64,000 nt of DNA, from the NCBI RefSeq assembly GCF_902652985.1, contig NC_047020.1:40424001-40488000 (forward strand), read 5' to 3'. The number at the start of each line of letters is the position of its first letter. The first letter of the stretch is position 1. The notes beneath the pieces were generated by a model, which saw only the letters and a program-made list of their open reading frames with translations, searched no databases and was not told the origin of the DNA. The translations under genes and the position numbers were made by a program. Below are positions 60,201 to 64,000 of this stretch, in pieces. Source of the DNA: Pecten maximus. Lineage: Eukaryota.

Positions 60201-63200
60201 GCCAAATTCTAAGAGGTTCATGTTTATATACCAAGCAAGTTGCACAGAAAAAACTCCAATTTAATTAGGACTGAAATATCTGAATCCTCAAAATTGCTGA
60301 TTTGAGCATTATTAAAATGTATATTCAATCGAAATAAGATGTGAAACTTCCATACAAATGATTGAATTAAAAGCAAAATTGTAATTCTTACTAACACAGA
60401 ATTTGACAATAGCTTGTTCTGGTACAATATGTATCAAATATATAATTATGGCAAAACCTTTCTTTTGTTTCTTTAAACATTCCTGTGATTGTTGAAAGGA
60501 TTATACTAAAATATTTGTGCATAATAATTATTAAATAATATAATAATCACTTTTAAAATTGGTTGTTTCCAGCGGATGTTTCAGGGTTCCTCATGTGTTC
60601 CAGATTAGTGGTAAATGTTTATAGAATTAAGAAGGAAAGTTTAAGGAGTAAACTGCAGATTTCAAGAATTTGGCTTAAATTGACATTATTTCAGTTGGGA
60701 ATGGGGCCAAATATTAATATTTCCCCCCAAAATGCTCTTATCATGAATAAATTTGAATCTGTTTTATCTTTGCGCAGACTTTTTGTAAGGCACTGATCCT
60801 GCTGAGAAACAAAAGTCTAATCCCAGCGACTGGTGTCCTTGAGTTGTTCTTTGAATTGTTCCGATGCCAGGATAAACTACTAAGAAAGACTCTCTACTCT
60901 TACATCGTCAGCGACATAAAAAACGTCAACTTTAAGCACAAAAACGCCAAGCTGAACACAGTGAGTACCCAATATATTTCTTTATAATCTAATATTTTCA
61001 AGAGTAGATGTCTTCATTTTAAATATTGACACTACCAAATTTTAATTTGTTCTATACCAGGGTGTTTTGCTGAGTACCATATTTATCAAAAAATAAGCCC
61101 ATCCCTGTATTTTAATTTATAGTTCTGTAAAAAGGTTCACAATTTAACACTATTTTGTTGAGCAGTAATTCTGTTCCGTACTTCAAGTCAAAATTTAATT
61201 TTTTGGTCTTTTGGGCTTATTTAGGGGATAAATGTATATTAGTATTAACATTATCACGTAATGTTTGAATGCAACTTGTGCAATATGTTACAAGGTACAA
61301 TTTCAATGACATAACAAATTCACACCAATAGCAATACTAGCTGTGTGTTGAATTTGAATGTCTCTGTAATAATAATTCAGTTGGAATAGGTGTGGATTTT
61401 ATAACAACTTTATCGTTTTAAAAAAAGATAGGGTTTTCACAAGGTTGACCGAAGGATATCTTTGTGCTGGGTATGCCTGTATTGTCCAAGGGACACAACT
61501 CTCAAAATTTATTGTAATAATCACAAAATGTGAGATTTATTTGTTTTCGTTTTAGAATACATGTATATAGCATATTTTCATTAAATGAAAATTATTTTTG
61601 ACCTGCTGAGTAGAGGAAACATTTTAATCAAGAAAAGACTTAGATTTGTAGATTTGTACGTACAAAGCTGATATGAATGATTTTACTGCCCTGTCTAAAT
61701 ATGCTGTGATTTATCTTGTTTCTTTTAATTTTATTTCTAACAAAGACATTGCAGAACTTCATGTACACAATGCTGAAGGACAACAATGTGATAGCTGCCA
61801 AAATGTCACTGGTAAGTTAGACTGTCTTAGGAATTATCTTGCTATTATGCCCTGATAGCATATTGTGTCCATCTTCATTCTGACTTGGATAAAAGAAAAC
61901 TGCCCTTATTATTATATATATAATTAAGACCCACTATGATATATTTCCGCTCTTAATTTTACCCCAGCCAATACATATGCTCTTATATTATGTTAAGTAC
62001 TTCATATGGGGAGTATTTCCGAACAGCTTCATCGAAAGGTTTCCGTTGAGAACTAGTTCGGTGTCAACAAATATGGCTTTCCCCAAGCCAAGCTGCAAAA
62101 TTGAAAGGAATTATCTTATTGTGGTAGAAATATCAATAAAGTGGAAGATTTTAACAGTAAATCGTCAGGTGGAAGATCAGTCTATAAAGCGGTAGACTAC
62201 CGCTGGAGTCAGTAGTATTAACATGTCTGGAAAATGTAAATTTGAATATGTGCACATGAATCCCTGTGCCATAATGTCATTTATTGAAATAGTGATTTGA
62301 TAAATCATTTTCTTTTTTAATTTAGAGTGTCATGATAGAGTTATACAGAAGAAATATATGGAATGATACCAAGACGGTCAACGTTATAGCTACAGCCTGT
62401 TTCTCTAAAGTTACCAAGGTTTGTAATTCTGTAGCTATAGCCTGTTTCTCTAAAGTAACCAAGGTTTGTAATTCTGTAATTACTGCCTGTTTCTCTAAAA
62501 CTACCAAGGTTTGTAATTCAGTAGTTATTGCCCGTTGCCGGTTTGTAGTTCAGATTCTATAATCTGTTTCTCTAAAGTTTGTAATTCATTTTCTATAGTG
62601 TGTTTCTTTAAAAGTTACCAAGCTTTGTAGTTCAGAAGCTATAATCTGTTTCCTTAAAGTTACCCAGATTTATAATTCAATTCAGTGCAGTAGCTAAAAC
62701 CTGTTTCTGTAAAATTACCAAGGTATTTAATTCTGTAGCTTTAGCTTATTTCTCCAAAGTTACCAATGTTTTTAATTCAGTGTAGCTATAACCTGCTTCT
62801 GTAAAGCAGGGACACATAATACGATATAAATGTTCCTGTGTAAAGTGTCCAAGGTGTACAACTTTAGCAATATAATGTTAATTTAAACATTCCGAACACT
62901 TTCTACATTTTTTTTTGTAGATATTGGTCACTGCAATGAAATTTTTCCTTGGCCATGAGGAGGGAGAGAAAGCTGCAGAGAGTGACAGTGAAGATGAAGT
63001 TGATAAGGTCAGTAAAAAGTGAAAGAGGAATGTCTAGATTTAACCTACTGTATATTTGGTAATATTGGTTGGAGATTTAATTTCTCTGTATTTGGAGTCA
63101 TTAACTAGCACAAAAACCAATTCCTAGTGAACATTTATACCATGAATTATCAAATAAAGATAATTCAAACAAATGTGTCAAATTGTTCACATTTTTACTA

Positions 63201-63501
63201 CAGAATGCTTATATACAATTTAAATGCAGTGTTGTGCAAAATTGATACCCTTGGATTAGTTCTGGCTGGAACAACTGCAATTTAAAAGCACTTTGAAATA
63301 CTCTTCCAGTATATATCGGTTGTCATTTGACTTACCTGGTACTTGTCATCTCTTGAATTGTCAGGGAAATGTTCTTTTTAATGTTTTCAGAAAAAAGAGA
63401 AATCAAGAAAGACATCAAAGGAGCTTATACTTGGGAACAGAGTGGCAAAAAAGACGAAAAAACGACAGAAAAAATTAGAAAGGGCACTTCAAGCCATGAA
63501 G
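57229..63501 (+). CDS. SDAD1: Protein SDA1 homologue (60S biogenesis), exons 1-8; gene continues beyond window
   Basis: Exons are 57229-57318 ([24 protein letters not shown]), 58919-59023, 59471-59569, 60778-60960 ([22 protein letters not shown]), 61746-61811, 62326-62418 ([29 protein letters not shown]), 62921-63007 and 63391-63501. All are GT-AG and phase 0. Confidence 0.95.
57459..57571. repeat. 113-bp imperfect palindrome (MITE-like) in SDAD1 intron 1
   Basis: acttgtatctggtaattaacacc... / ...ggtgtcagttaccagatacaagt. Confidence 0.7.
62385..62805 (+). repeat. 45-bp minisatellite derived from the SDAD1 exon 6 / intron 6 junction
   Basis: Unit tagctatagcctgtttctctaaagttaccaag|gtttgtaattctg, about 9 copies decaying with distance. 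Confidence 0.9.
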
Positions 63502-64000
63502 GTAAAGAACGTTTCAATTTGCAGTTGTATGCTGTGTGGAACGCATACAGATGTATTTTCGAAGCAGCTTATGAAATAATTAAATGTTTTTTGCTCTCTG
63601 AGTGAAGTTTCTGTCATTTACAATAAATTTGGCCTCAGTTCATAATAATAAATAAAAATAAATGTAATAAAAAAATATCAATTTTAGCTACACTAAGCTT
63701 AAATTCACCCATGGATGTGTCAATACATATATAGACACATCTATGGGTTGAATTTGATAGTGACTATAAATGTAAAAATCTCAGTTGGGAATTTTCATCA
63801 GGCAAAAGATTTTTAAAAGATATTTTCACAGAGTGCAACTAAGAGTAAGACTTTCCCTTACTTTTTTTCAAATACAAGAAAATAAAATTGTCTCCAACCG
63901 TATTTTGTACTTTGTTTTGTTTTGAAATCAGTGCAAAATACTAATTCAGAAGGTACTACAAGAATGCATATGTTTCTGTTTCTAAGCAGAAAACTGCAGA

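Noticed and set aside
57319-62325. Intronic snoRNAs in SDAD1
   Set aside because: I found no convincing C/D box pair with a terminal stem or H/ACA layout by eye; an Infernal/Rfam scan would be needed.

Overview
AT-rich animal genomic DNA with spliceosomal introns. It is probably a bivalve mollusc such as an oyster, inferred from the Helentron-type elements carrying a 169-bp satellite core. The left 41 kb is a minus-strand tandem array of three FKRP/LicD-family nucleotidyltransferase-fold genes: A (main exon 6850-8581), B (24555-26279) and C (35440-37169), plus an orphan 3' fragment of C at 17000-17105. The array was built by a ~17-18.4 kb tandem duplication (1-17105 ~ 17106-35545) whose breakpoint lies inside the C-type coding sequence. 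Each gene appears to have a tiny first exon ending ATG-AAG|GT several kb upstream. The proteins combine a type II signal anchor, a GT-A-like stem that has lost its acidic motif, the FKRP FGC..C..PCC zinc finger and a LicD-type catalytic domain (GTVLGAVK..PWEIDAD..HVDIW). B is intact, while A and C each carry a single-base homopolymer frameshift. The paralogues are mosaic, and their coding sequence is more divergent than most of their non-coding flanks. The right 23 kb holds conserved genes: DHRSX (+, 7 exons), ANAPC15 (-) and SDAD1 (+, 8 exons, incomplete), with ANAPC15 and SDAD1 head-to-head. An SDAD1 5' splice site has been amplified as an in-frame 45-bp minisatellite. Transposon remnants include L1/Tx1, HERO, CR1-like, a Gypsy integrase fragment, two solo LTRs, Tc1, an IS3EU-like palindromic MITE, HINEs and a V-SINE. 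All family assignments come from recognised motifs; no database searches were run.
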